Shown here: positions 1-11,789 of the stretch, piece by piece
Layout: the number at the start of each line of letters is the position of its first letter
How positions within the stretch are numbered: the first letter of the stretch is position 1
Source of the DNA: Cycas panzhihuaensis
Lineage: Eukaryota; Plantae; Cycadophyta
Direction of reading: 5' to 3'
NCBI GenBank assembly: GCA_023213395.1
Contig: CM041465.1
Coordinates: 33,983,741 to 34,047,740, forward strand
DNA length: 64,000 nt
Position numbers and translations under genes: made by a program
Notes under the pieces: model-generated
Seen by the model: the letters and a program-made list of their open reading frames with translations, nothing else
Told to the model about the DNA's origin: nothing
The model's database searches: none

Positions 1-336
1 CCCACACTTGTCAAGGAATCATTGGTAATCTAGCTTAGGATATAGTCGACATACTTCATACATCCAAGGTTATCACATATTCGACATAATATCATCATAG
101 ATTACACACAACAGTACATTAATCAACAAATATCCATTATGCAATCATCATGGTACACATAAAACATAATATTTCATGTAACTTTTCACTTTATTAAGCA
201 ATATGTCTTATACATTCAGTTCTGGAATGTATCCTATATACATTCTAGCCTCATATACAAGATTTTGTCATATATGTTCCAAAAGGGAATGTATCATGAA
301 ATGCATCGACTACAACTCTAGTCTGTACCACTATCT
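1..336 (-). repeat. 3' LTR (partial) of Athila-like element
   Basis: Colinear with 8056-8386 (e.g. cacttgtcaaggaatca...gtaatctagcttagga; ccaaaagggaatgtatca; gtaccactatct). Similarity stops at ~336 and no PPT is visible, suggesting a small deletion. Confidence 0.85.
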
Positions 337-339
337 GGT

Positions 340-1700
340 CTGAATTTTAGGACTTTTTTTATTTCTTTATGCACCTTTCATTTAATTTCCCTATCTTGAG
401 TGTTTTCTGGAAATGCATTCATCCATTGCTTTATAAAGGGTTCATGTGGGCAAATGGTTGATTATGGAAGTTATAATCCCAGACATTGGTAGAATAAGAT
501 GGCTAATAGCAAAGAAGGGTGCTTGAATGGATGTGTCATGATTTCCTCAATTTATTATATCATATTCACCACTAGAAATTCAGACCAATTGAGCTATTTC
601 CCATCTCAAAGTTTTGGTAATATTGGCATCATCCCCCCTAGAATATATGTATACTTTTTTTTGGATAAAAACCTTGTATTTATGACTTTTTCTATCCATT
701 GCAACCTAATGTATTTTATATCTACTACACGAATAGCTCATGATATTATCTAGGTATTCTCCTAGCAAAATTCCTTTAACTAGGTTTTTCAATCACCTTT
801 GATCTTTTAGTGGCAATTGGGACTTCTCCCTCCTTCGGAAATCCTATAAGTGGATTATTTTTGTATTTAATTTAACTTTCTTCAAATCCTTTTTTAATTC
901 TAATAGGATGTTCTCCATTAACTCTTGATCCCAATAAAGAGGATTAAGATATATGTATTCTCCCCATCCTGCTTGCTTGACCTTTGTTTTAAACTAGGTA
1001 GGTAATCCATTTAATTCCTTTTTTAGCTTTGGTAAGAATATTTCTTAGCATCTTGCCATCTTCATTATGACACTGCTATGGGAATTTTAGAAGTAATTCT
1101 AATATTGACAAGATAAACCCTATGTACGTACCTTTTTGGAACGGCTAATTTTATGTGACTATTTGCTTTGAATTATGTGTTATTCTCTTGCTCCTTTCTT
1201 CCTTAGAATGTGGTATTTTCAACTAGCTCCTTGCTGTTGTTAATTATAGATCGATTCCCCCTATTTTTTATTTGAGTACTATGCAAGAATGGTTATAGGT
1301 ACACATTATATATTTTATCTTTTTCTTCCCGTTTGTTCTATGAATACTTGACAGCATACTTTTTTGGTACATATAGTATATTTTGGCCCAATTACTCGAT
1401 TTTCACTTTGCATACTTGGTAACATATCATTTTTGTACATATAGTATATTTCACTAGTATGTAGACAAGAATTCTAATTTTTCTTATACAATTTTTCTGA
1501 ATTTTGATTTTTCTTACAATGGTATATCTTTCTTCTTATGATTTGTCATATTGCTTATTTATATGATATGAGTTACAATGTTTTTTCTTTCTGTTTTTTT
1601 ATTTTTTAATTTTCTTGTATTTTTATTTCTATACCAAACTGAATTACATTCTGGTATCAAAGTAATATGATTTACCTCAACTTCATGCAACACGTTATGG
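340..1700 (-). pseudogene. Decayed extra ORF (ORF3 position) between integrase and 3' LTR
   Basis: Manual translation gives LPKL*DGK*LNWSEFLVVNMI**IEEIMTHPFKHPSLLLAILFYQCLGL, in the same sense as pol. Confidence 0.5.
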
Positions 1701-1739
1701 TATAACCAGATGATCTAGCTCGTAGTTGCTTAATCCTAG

Positions 1740-4330
1740 TTAACATAAGGTTTCAATTGGCTACCATTCACTCGGGTTGGTAGCAATGGTCTATCAATTT
1801 TTCGAAGTTGTACTAAACAATTCTCAAAGATTCTCTCGATGATATAAAGTCCTAACCATCTCATTTTGAGTTTCTGGAGGGGTGTTTTAAATTTGTTATA
1901 ATAAAGAAGAACTTAGTTGCCTTCTTTGAATTGTGGCATGCGTAGGTGATGATTGTGCCACACCTTTTATAACCATTTCACCATATAGCATTTTTCCTCT
2001 AGCCACACTAATTCTTCCAACCTATGTTGTAAGGAATGGAAGTCATCCAATTGACATTGCATGGTAGTTCTTAGGCTTGGAATTTTGAATTCAGTTTAAA
2101 GGATGGCCTTGATTCCATAAACCAGTTGAAATGATGTTTGTCCCGTTGACCTTTTATACTACATTTTGAAGGCTCACAGTATTGATGGTAACTTCTCGGC
2201 TAAATCTGACCTTCCTATATCACAAATTTTTCGCAAGCAATTCTTGATAATTTTATTTAAACTTTCTGCTTATTTATTAGCCCTTGGATAATAAGCTATG
2301 GATTTCTGATGGTTAATCATAAAGGTTAATGTCAATATTTCTATAGTCTGGTTGAGAAAATGGACCCCTTCATCACTTACGATTTCCAATGGGCATCCAA
2401 ATTATGTAATGATCACCTCGTATAGAAATTATAGCGTGCTTTTTTAATCAGCTTTTCTTAGTGCTCAAGCCTCCATCCATTTGGTTATATAGTTGGTTGC
2501 TACTAAAATGAATTGGGCTTGAGGTCATTAGGCAACTGGTTTCATAAGTCTAATGAAATCGAGGCCCTATTTCTCGAATGGTGCTAAAGATAAGATTGGG
2601 TGTAAGGGGTTGGAAATCTTGTCGATTAGTTTTCCCAACCCTTTAACAATAATCACATGTTTGAATCCACTTCCTTATATCTTCAAACATAGATGGCCAC
2701 CAAAATCCTAACATTAGAACCTTTCTCTAGGTCGCCATCTTTCCTATGTATCCTCTAGCTTTGCCTTCGTGTGCTTAAGCCATAATTTGATTAATCTCGT
2801 GTGGCCTTACACATCAACGTAGTATTTCATCTGGTTCAAGTTTATATAGCTCGCCTTTAATCATCTAGTATGGTTCTGCCTTACACACGAAATTCCAACC
2901 TTCCATTCGATCTAATCCTAATAATAATTCCCCTATTGCTAGATTTCTGGTATTCCATTGTACCAATCTGTTGGTACTGCCTCCACACTAAACAATGCTA
3001 TATCAGAAAAGTCATTTAATATCCCTATAGTTGTTTCTCCATTTGGGATTCTTCATAACTAATAAGGTATTACATGGGCTTTCCTAAGTTTTATAATGAT
3101 TTTAAATAAGAATTCCTGGAATAGCATAAGCCACCTACTAATTCGTGTCCTCATTATAGGTTTATTTACTAAGTACATCAGTGCTTGGTGGTCTACAAAG
3201 AATAAGAATGGATTTGGCAATAGGTAATGTCAAAACTTTTGTAATGCATACACTATTCTGAGTGCTTATTTCTCTGTTGTGGTGTAATTTTGTTCTGCTT
3301 TAATCAATTTTTGACTTACAAAGTAAATAGTATGGTCTATTTTATCGTCGTTTAGTTGCACTAGTACACATCTGATTGCATATTGTGAGGCATCGACATG
3401 TACATAGAAGAATTTTTTCCAATCTGGGAACCTTAGTATAAGTGCCGATATTATGCGCTTTTTTAATGCTTCAAATGCATATTATTGTTTACTACTCCAC
3501 TCCCATTCAACATCTTTTTTTAATAATTCTTGTAGGGGTCCTGATATACATGCATACCCCCTAATGAATTTCTTGTAATAACCAGTTAATCCCAAAAATC
3601 CCTTTAATTATTTCCTTGTGAACGGCACTCGGAAATGCAGGATTGCAAATACCTTAGTTGGATTTGTTAACAATCATTCTCTACTCATAATATGTCCTAA
3701 CAAATTCCCAAAAGGTACTAGGAAGGTACATTTTTCTGGATTTAAACATAGCTTATTTTCATGACATGTTTGCAACATTTCTCTAAGGTTATCCATATGG
3801 TCTTTCATGAATCCATATAATGTCCAATCATCCAAGAAAACTACCACTTTTTCGTCAGTCATCTTACAAAATATATTAATCACTATTCTTTGAAATGTAG
3901 CTAGGGCATTTGTAAACCTAAAAGGCATCACCCTATATGAGTATGTTCCCCATTCCATTACAAATATTATTTTTATTTGATCCTCTAGAGCGATTTGAAC
4001 TGGTTGTATCCACTAAACCCATCCGTGAAGGAATACATTTTATTTCTACATAGCCTCCAAAATATACGTGTTTGTATGGATTACATGCAACTTAATAAGG
4101 TAACTAAGAAAGATCTTTCTTAGTTATCTTATTAAGTTGCATGTAATCCATACAAATACGTATATTTCTATTTTTCTTTGGGGCCACTGCTGTAAGACTC
4201 ATCCAGTCGTTGTAGTCGATTTCCTAAACGTATGAGGCAAACACATCACGAAACTCTTCAAATAACTGTTGAGCCTGTGTTATCATCTGGTCATCTCAAT
4301 AATCTCATATCCAAATGGTTTTTGGTTCCT
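1740..4330 (-). pseudogene. pol: reverse transcriptase, RNase H, integrase (disrupted)
   Basis: RT: YSYRVMPF..NALATFQR, VFLDDW, LNPEKC. RH: YVHVDASQYA, YTTTE. INT: HEG..GFWWPSMF..CDYC, IVSDEGVHF, and C-terminal KLKMRWLG.Y...VNGSQLKPY. Confidence 0.9.
4060..4167. repeat. 108-bp spacerless inverted repeat (palindrome) inside RT
   Basis: 4060-4113 is the reverse complement of 4114-4167 with 2 mismatches, centred on agatct. Confidence 0.95.
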
Positions 4331-4599
4331 CTTTACTTCAGACATCGATTTCAGTTATTTTTAACTCTATCATTTCAATATCTTTTTTATTTTCCATGTG
4401 ATAGGCAGGGGTATTTTTAATTTTTTTTTCACCATAATTGAATTCGGTGAATTCCGTGGGATAATTGGGGTTGTCTTCCTTTTCTTCATCCTCTAATTCT
4501 TCTTTTTATTTCTTTTATACTAATGATATGGCTTTTTGTTCTAGGTCTATAGTTAATTTCCTAATAATCTTGAGTACCTTATCAATATTTTTGTCCTCT

Positions 4600-4810
4600 A
4601 ATGAATGCAAAAAGGTTTTTATAAAAGATTTTTTAAGACTTTTCCATGTTGCATCTAGGTTCTATTCTTTCCCCAAGAACCAATCTCTTGCTACCTGACC
4701 TAAGGTGTGGTAGAAAAGATTGCTCCATGTTTTCCTAGGTAAACTCAAAGATGTCCATTCCCATTTACACCTTTAGATATGTTTATTGGGGTACTCTCCT
4801 ACATAGAATA
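4600..4810 (-). pseudogene. Gag capsid-like (retrotrans_gag N-terminal-like) segment between protease and RT
   Basis: FYVGEYPNKHI*RCKWEWTSLSLPRKTWSNLFYHTLGQVARDWFLGKE*NLDATWKSLKKSFIKTF fits the Gag pattern F.G..P..H...F..TL...A..W....TW..L...F...F. Confidence 0.6.
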
Positions 4811-5799
4811 ATAGAATATTCAATTTTTTTAAGTGGTTAAACCATGTTTTGAATACAGATTGTAATTCCATTGTAATTCCTTTCAACCTTGGAAGGTAGT
4901 TTGGTGGCCTAAGTGCCAATACTATGTGGTACCTTATAAGGTTAGTACCAAATCTGACTCCCATTAAAGTTTATCCCAATTACCCTCGTATATCCAATAC
5001 TCTCTCAAATGTATAAGGTGAGTAGTCCCCTATAGTTGGTCCTCATAAAAAGGTTTGACATAGTCTCCTATATATATTTCAAGATTTCCTTCCTCGGGGA
5101 TTATGATCCTACATCCTAGAGCTAAATCTTTAGGGGTATGTCTTACTAGTTCCTTTTCTATTTTCTCTTATTTGGCATCAATACTTGAAAAGGACTAATT
5201 GTTGGGTGGGTGTACCTCTAAAGAAGAAAAGGAAGGATTGTTACTTCCTTTCCTCTGTTGTAATAAGGGTAAGGATGGATAATCTACCTTAAGACCCACA
5301 CCTAAGGTAGAGGAGAGGTTAGAGTTAGTATTAGATAATATAGAATTATGACATAGACTAGGTATATTAGAAATAGGGGGTTAGGTCTAGGTTTAGGGTT
5401 AAGTTATTATTTTCCATACTCTTCCTATACTAACGTTAGTCCCTATATAATCAAAGGATTTTAAATTATTTCCAATATCATCAGTTACATTTTTAGAAAG
5501 TAAATTACACCTATAGGAAGAAGAATTAACTTCATATACATCTTGTAACCAATAATCCATAAATTTTGTTCCATTTTTATCATCAAAAAATTTATAGATT
5601 TTTCTGAAGTAGAAAGGTTCCATCTCTTGAGGGTTAATCAACTTGGTTGGCTCTTCAGTCGTATGATACAAGTTTCCTTCGTCAAAAGAGAATGTTATTT
5701 CCTCGCTTGTAATAGTTGTTCTTGATGCGTCATCTGGTATTATTCCAATAGAATTTTTCCCCAAAATTAGAAGGACCACTTCACTTCCTCTATCCAATA

Positions 5800-6120
5800 A
5801 TGTAAATGTCACATCTCTCCAACTTTGGAGACACTGAGTTTTATACAGCCATAGGCAACCCAACAAGGCTGGATAAGGTGCTGTGTCTTTTTTAAACTGC
5901 GATCCCTACCACATCCACTTTGATGTTGGCTAGCTTCTCAACTGGTCTCACCAATAATTCATTTTCTAATTTCAAATAATAAGTTGCTACTTCCAACTTA
6001 GGACTTCTCAACTTCTACCATTTTGAGGTAGATAAAATGTTGACTGCAACTCCCCCATCCATAATTACCCTTGAGAATTTTTCTCCTATAACTGTGATTA
6101 TAACCATCAAATCCAAGTCG
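5800..6120 (-). pseudogene. Retrotransposon aspartic protease
   Basis: RVIMDGGVAVNIL (D-G-G active-site variant) and PYPALLGCLWL (LLGRPW-like). Confidence 0.8.
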
Positions 6121-6512
6121 AAAGATGGCATTATCTTTTTTAAGCTCTTGGTGACTTCTTACTATTGCAATATCCCTGCCTTAATCCAGTCTATCACTTG
6201 GTATAAGAGAATTATTAACTATAATTACTTTACTAGATTTTCTATTAACAACAACATATGAGGGATGTCTTCCCTTGGTAGGCCTCTAAATAATTCCTCT
6301 GTTTGAACCAACTAAGGTTGCATCTTCTGCTCCTCAAGTATTTTCTTCTTTTATTTGTTTTTCATGATATATACATGTTTTGTTTTCGATTTGCCCATCC
6401 GTAACATTGTTTTGGTTTCTTGTTAGGCTAGTTCTTCCAATACTTGTTTTGTCTATTTGAATCAATCTATTTCTGTTTTTGGGTTTAGGTATTCTTCATT
6501 TGTTCTCTCTTT

Positions 6513-7879
6513 CTACTTATTCTGAAGTTTTACGTTCTTACTATTTTTGGGGATAATAGTCACTAAATTAGTTACTTTCGCCTTCCCTTTGCATTCCTCC
6601 ATTCTATGCTTACTTGACCTGCAATTATTGTATATGAATAGTTTATGTTCATATTCTTGTTTAGTTGAGCAATCTAATTTCCAATGCCTGCATTGCAAAC
6701 AAATCAAACATCTCCTTATTTGTTGTTTTTTCTTTAAAGATTCTTGTGTACTTCTTGTTGTATATACATTTCGAGGTGGGCTGCTCCCTCTTCCCCGACC
6801 CCATCCTCTATAAGCTTTTTCCCTAGGGTCATAGAAACAGTTCCTTGTTTTGTGACTATCCATGTCACATATATGACACCATCTATCCCTTTGGTGCATT
6901 TCATTTTTTTTGGATTGATTTTGCATTCCTTAGTTGTATGCAAACTATTCTCGCATATATGACACCATTTTTTTATTTTAAATTCTCAATCCTTCCTTTT
7001 CTTGATTTCTTCTTCCTCTTTCTTGCTTTTCATCTTAAGTCTTGTTATTTCTTTCCTTAGAGCTTTAATTCCTAATTCCTCTTCTGAGATTCCTATTTGG
7101 CAAAGAGGCTGATTATGTTGGTTATGTTTCATTTCTCTTATCTCTTCTTGTAGCCTTAGTAATAGGGGATCATGCCCTCCAGCTTAGGCATCCATCTTAG
7201 GTGTCCTTCCCAGTGGTGATCTTTCTCTTTCTGGCTTTTCAAAGGATTCTACTTCTTTTTCTCCACCCTTCACTTTAGGTGGTGTATTTGAGGTGCTTGG
7301 TGCAACACTATCTTTCCCAAATAGACGATTCTTAAATGGTGTTTTTAAATATATTGGTTTTGGTACTCCTGGCACTTGTACCATCAATGGTATGACCACT
7401 AAATATGATTGCTTGAACCCCCTGTCTGGTGAATCCTCAAATAGTTGCCTTGTTAATTTATTCTCCCAGTATGTCGATGAACCTTCCTCTGCCTTCTTCT
7501 TGTTATCACTTAGGTCCTTTGGGGTACGATCCACACTTGTATATTCTTCCTTCCCTAGGGTATCATTTTGTTCCACATCTCCTCTTAGTTTTCCCTCATT
7601 TTTTGAGCTTTAAAGGTCATACTTGATTGGAGTAGGTGTTAGTACCATTTGCTCGCCATTATTTTCCTCTCATTGTTCTTAAGGTATCTAGGCTCCACTT
7701 GCCTCGGATTCTTCAACGAATTGTTCCTTAGTCTCGTTATTATGTAGACTCAATCTTCTTGCCCTTCTTAATTTTGATTCCTTTGACCATTGTAATGCCC
7801 TTTGTCTGCTTGCTTCTTTCCCCTTAGGTGAAATACCCTTTTGTGGATCTCCTACCTTCGAAGGCCTCTTAGGTGGCAT
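6513..7879 (-). pseudogene. gag region with three CCHC zinc knuckles (disrupted)
   Basis: CHICDMDSHKTRNC, CLICLQCRHWKLDC and degenerate YNNCRSSKHRMEEC in ORF 6513-6926. Charged N-terminal ORFs at 7184-7879. Confidence 0.8.
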
Positions 7880-8020
7880 TGAAAGGTCCCCTGGCTATCA
7901 AAGGCTTAATTACAGCATGTCGTCACGACGACAGCCAGGGTCCTTTGTCCTTTGAATATTTTCCCCTTATGAAACTCCTAGCCCTAATCCCTCCTCAGTG
8001 GACATAGGCAACATAACCAA

Positions 8021-8435
8021 TGTTGACTTTAAGGTTGACTACACTTGTGAAAAACCCTACACTTGTCAAGGAATCACTAGTAATCTAGCTTAGGATACAG
8101 TCAACATACTTCATACACCTAAGGTTATCGCATATTCACCCATAATTCAATACAATATCATCGTAGATTACACACAGTAGTACGTTCATCAATAAGTATC
8201 TATTATGCATAAAGCACAGTATTCCACGTAACTCTTCACTTTATTAAGCGACATGTCTTATACATTCAATTCTAGAATGTATCCTATATGCATTACAGCT
8301 TCATATACAGGATTCTATCACATACATTCCAAAAGGGAATGTATCACAGAATGCATCTACTGCAACTCTAGTATGTACCACTATCTTGGCTTGTTAGCTA
8401 CCGTACTATCGTATGGAATAAATGCTCGGCTCTCA
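8021..8435 (-). repeat. 5' LTR of Athila-like element, with adjacent degenerate PBS (~8005-8020)
   Basis: TG...CA termini (tgttgac at 8021; tctca at 8435). Minus-strand TGGTTATGTTGCC directly after the LTR resembles a tRNA-Asp-type PBS (TGGCGCCGTTGCC). Confidence 0.75.
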
Positions 8436-9876
8436 CCCCTGGAATGGTTCTCAATAATCTCCTTAAATGTGTCTTTTTTATGCCTTTTGATGAAGGGTTA
8501 TGACTCCCTGTCATAACTATACCTTTCCATTATCAATGTAACCTTTTTACTTAAACAAATGATTAATCTCTCTTAATGGTGCCTTTTTCATCCATATGTC
8601 CATATGTACGTTCTTTTGGGTTGACTTCATCATCCTTGGGTGCCTTTGGATCAGATCAGCTCATGCATACCCTGTTGTCTGTGAGCATATCAAAAATGGT
8701 ATGCACCATGTGTTGCATACCTAGTATGGTACGCACATGTCACACGTACCCAAAATGCTCTTTTTTTTGCATTCTTCTTTCGCGCATACCTTTGTACAAT
8801 TTGTACCTGCATTCCATTGGTCAATACAGTCTTACATTCCTTTTCCACATAGCTTATATGCTAAATTATACCCTAACAATTGTCTCCCTTGAATTACACT
8901 TTGTCTCTTTATCTGATTGAAGGATTCCCTATAAGAGTAGTTGAAGCCACCCAATGTCTCAATGGGGTTGATGATCCCTTCATCACCACAAATAATTTTT
9001 TAGAAGGGTTTCTACCTTATTCCTCTGGGTTTTAAAGCAAATTGCTAAGCATCTTCAACACTTTTAATTCTAAGCATGCTAAGTTCATCTTGTATAAAAT
9101 TCTTTATGCCGTTTACATACTTGGTAATTATTTACTCTTCAATTTCTTCGTGGACAGTCTTTTTTTTTTGCCTCAATTTCTAAAATTTTCTAAACAGAGT
9201 TTGAGTGTAGTCCACTAAAAGGAATTTCTTTTTGAGCTTTTTCACCACCTTACTCCAAGTTTGAATTTTGTCATTTATATTTCTTATTCTCTTTTTCTGT
9301 AAGTGATCCTACCATATCATTACATAACTTTTCAGTTTAGTACATATAAGTTTCATCTTCTCTTTTGTCATGTCATTCAATTCAAAAAAAAAAAATTCAT
9401 AGTATTTAACCAGTCAATTAATTCTTTAGGGTTCAAACTACCCCCATACTCTAGAACATCAAGCTCTGCTCCACTGTTCTTTTCTTTCAAGGCTTTTAAC
9501 ATTCTCTCTTCATAGGATGAAGGTTCTTATGCTCTTTCTTCCTTATAGTCCACTCCAACTCCAGTTTTTATTTTTACATCACGGTCATGCCTCCTTCTAC
9601 CTTGTTCATTTTTTAAAAGGATTTTTTGTTACTTCAGCACCACCTCTAGAAACTTTTCAACCCTTCTCTAAAGCTCTTACATGCTCTTGTTTAATTATGC
9701 ATTCTTTCCTCTAACTATGTTTCTTTTGAAATTGTCTACTCTTTTTTTGTAAATACTTTCAATCTACTTCCAATAATTCTCAAACAGATTTTTAAAAGAA
9801 ACACAAAACTTACTAATAATTTGTTGTAAACCTCTTTTTCTTGTTCTCCCTGATCTGAACCATGGTCTGATATCAA
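8436..9876 (-). mobile_element. Older Ty3/gypsy gag-protease remnant, probable host of the Athila-like insertion
   Basis: EYGGSLNPKELIDWLN...TKLKSYVMIW.DHLQ...IQTWSKVVKKLKKKF gag motif. Degenerate Met PBS TGATATCAGAC at ~9865-9875. Confidence 0.7.
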
Positions 9877-10779
9877 AAATGAGATGGTGATCTCCTCAGT
9901 AACACAAGCATGTAAGTAAAATAATATTTTTCCAAAAAAAAAAAAACTAAAAACTCATCATAAGAATACATTTTTTGGGTAAATTTCTAGTTTTCCATTT
10001 AAAAGACTCCAAAAATTAAAAATTGAGTGTTTTACAATACATAAATATATAAATTTGTGATTTTTTGCCATGTAAAAACCTTAACTAACATCTCCTAAAG
10101 TTAAGAAACTTACTTAGAGTAGAAAAAAAAATCTAAAACATTTTTATTTTTAATAAGTTTTTAAAAGTATTCTAAATCGCATAAAATTTGGCCCATGGAT
10201 AATTAAACATGCCATGGGCCCCATGGTATTAATAAAGTAAAACTAACCCTTTAACTAAAAAAATTAATGCCTACAAGGTATTACAAAACTGATATATAAT
10301 TTTAAAATGTCATTTTAAAGCCCTAAATAATCTTTCTTGGGCCTGAAAATTGCGTTAAAATGATTGTAATCAACATCACGAATTATGCCACAACATGCAC
10401 TTTTTAAATAGTTATGATTTTGGTGGGGGGGAGGGGGGGTTAGGAAGACTCAAATAGACACCCATGTCAAAAGTTATGACCCTCATAAGTTAACCCTTCA
10501 AATTTAGAACTTGCAAGGATTCCTATATTAGGAAGATAAAGCACTACTAGTCAAGATATTTTTTGCAAGAGATTTCCAAGAGTAAGAGTAGTATAACCCT
10601 AATATCCTCATAGGGGATGTACACTTAAAGACTTCATGATTAGCTTGGTGAGTCAAGTTGTATAGAGTTGAAGGGGTTATTAAATATAGCAAAAAGAGTT
10701 AGAAGCTCCTCAAAGGTTGAGGGCTAATAGCAATGATAGTAAATCCATTTTTATGTTGCATAAGAAGATAAACAAATCT

Positions 10780-11642
10780 AGTGTTGTAGGAAACTTACAT
10801 CTGTAACCAATAAACATTGGTACATAGTTGGACACTAGAAAAAGACCTCAATGTAGTGGAGAGAACATTTCAAGTCTTGTTTCAAGATCTTAAAGAAGTA
10901 GAATCATTCAAAGCTTAAACTTACACATTGGCATTGAGTCAAGTAAATGTCGTAATTCAATAATTGATTAAACATTAGACCAATTAGAATGCCATGATGT
11001 ATCCATTGACATTATTTTACATGTCATTTGATGCTCATGTATTATACAAATAGGTCCATAGTTTTGATATGTAGGATCAGTTCTTCAATAAGCCCATGAT
11101 CAAGTAATAAAAGAGATATACTCAGATGGTGAACTTGACAAAAAAATATTCCCAAACCAAAAAGACATTACATCCACACGCTCTAGGATGAGATGAGGAA
11201 GCAACCAAAGGAAGATGACGACATCATGGCCAGTAAAGGGAAACAAAAGTAAATCAACTAATGTATCCTATAGGGCAGAATCTAAGGGTAATAGGGGAGA
11301 GATGATAAAGTCCATTTTGTTCTTCATCTACACAAGGTTTTCTACTTATTTTGTTGATGATGCATTCATATCCTATTGTATTATTAAACTAAATAATACA
11401 TATTTTAGTTTAAGAAGAAAAATTAATCAAACAAGTATGATATATACAATTATCTATTTGTAAAGGGAGGAATTTGATATACAAATATGGGAAAAGAAAT
11501 TCGTTTAGAATCCTTAAAACCTCCTTCCAACTCAATCTAAGAAAATACAGTTATATGTAGAAATTTTGTTATCCCTTCAATTCAACCTAAAGGCACTTTC
11601 CCTTCAATCCAATGTAAATGGACCTCTATTTTTGTCACTTCA
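10780..11642 (+). mobile_element. Possible Ty1/copia integrase remnant with PPT and short LTR
   Basis: NVVERT...LKLTHW...LNIRP fragments; purine tract aaagggaggaa at ~11462 followed by tg...ca. Confidence 0.3.
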
Positions 11643-11789
11643 GTGTTGAAAAACACAATTAGCAATAAAACTAACTTTCATTCATGTATTTAAGTATTAT
11701 CTAGAAATAGGTGTAGTTGGCACTTGAGTCATAATTATTTTTCTCATGTATAAACATTATTTATGAAATGAAATTTTTGTCTAATCCTA

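Larger units (their letters stand above)
1..8435 (-). mobile_element. Ty3/gypsy LTR retrotransposon, non-chromovirus (Athila-like), degenerate; 3' LTR cut by window start
   Basis: Direct repeat 1-336 vs ~8056-8386. Minus-strand order is gag (CCHC)-protease-RT-RNaseH-integrase-extra ORF. No additional RNase H between RH and INT, and no chromodomain. Confidence 0.9.

Noticed and set aside
11641-11655. hAT-like terminal inverted repeat CAGTGTT
   Set aside because: No partner TIR or 8-bp TSD found; the CA is better explained as an LTR end.
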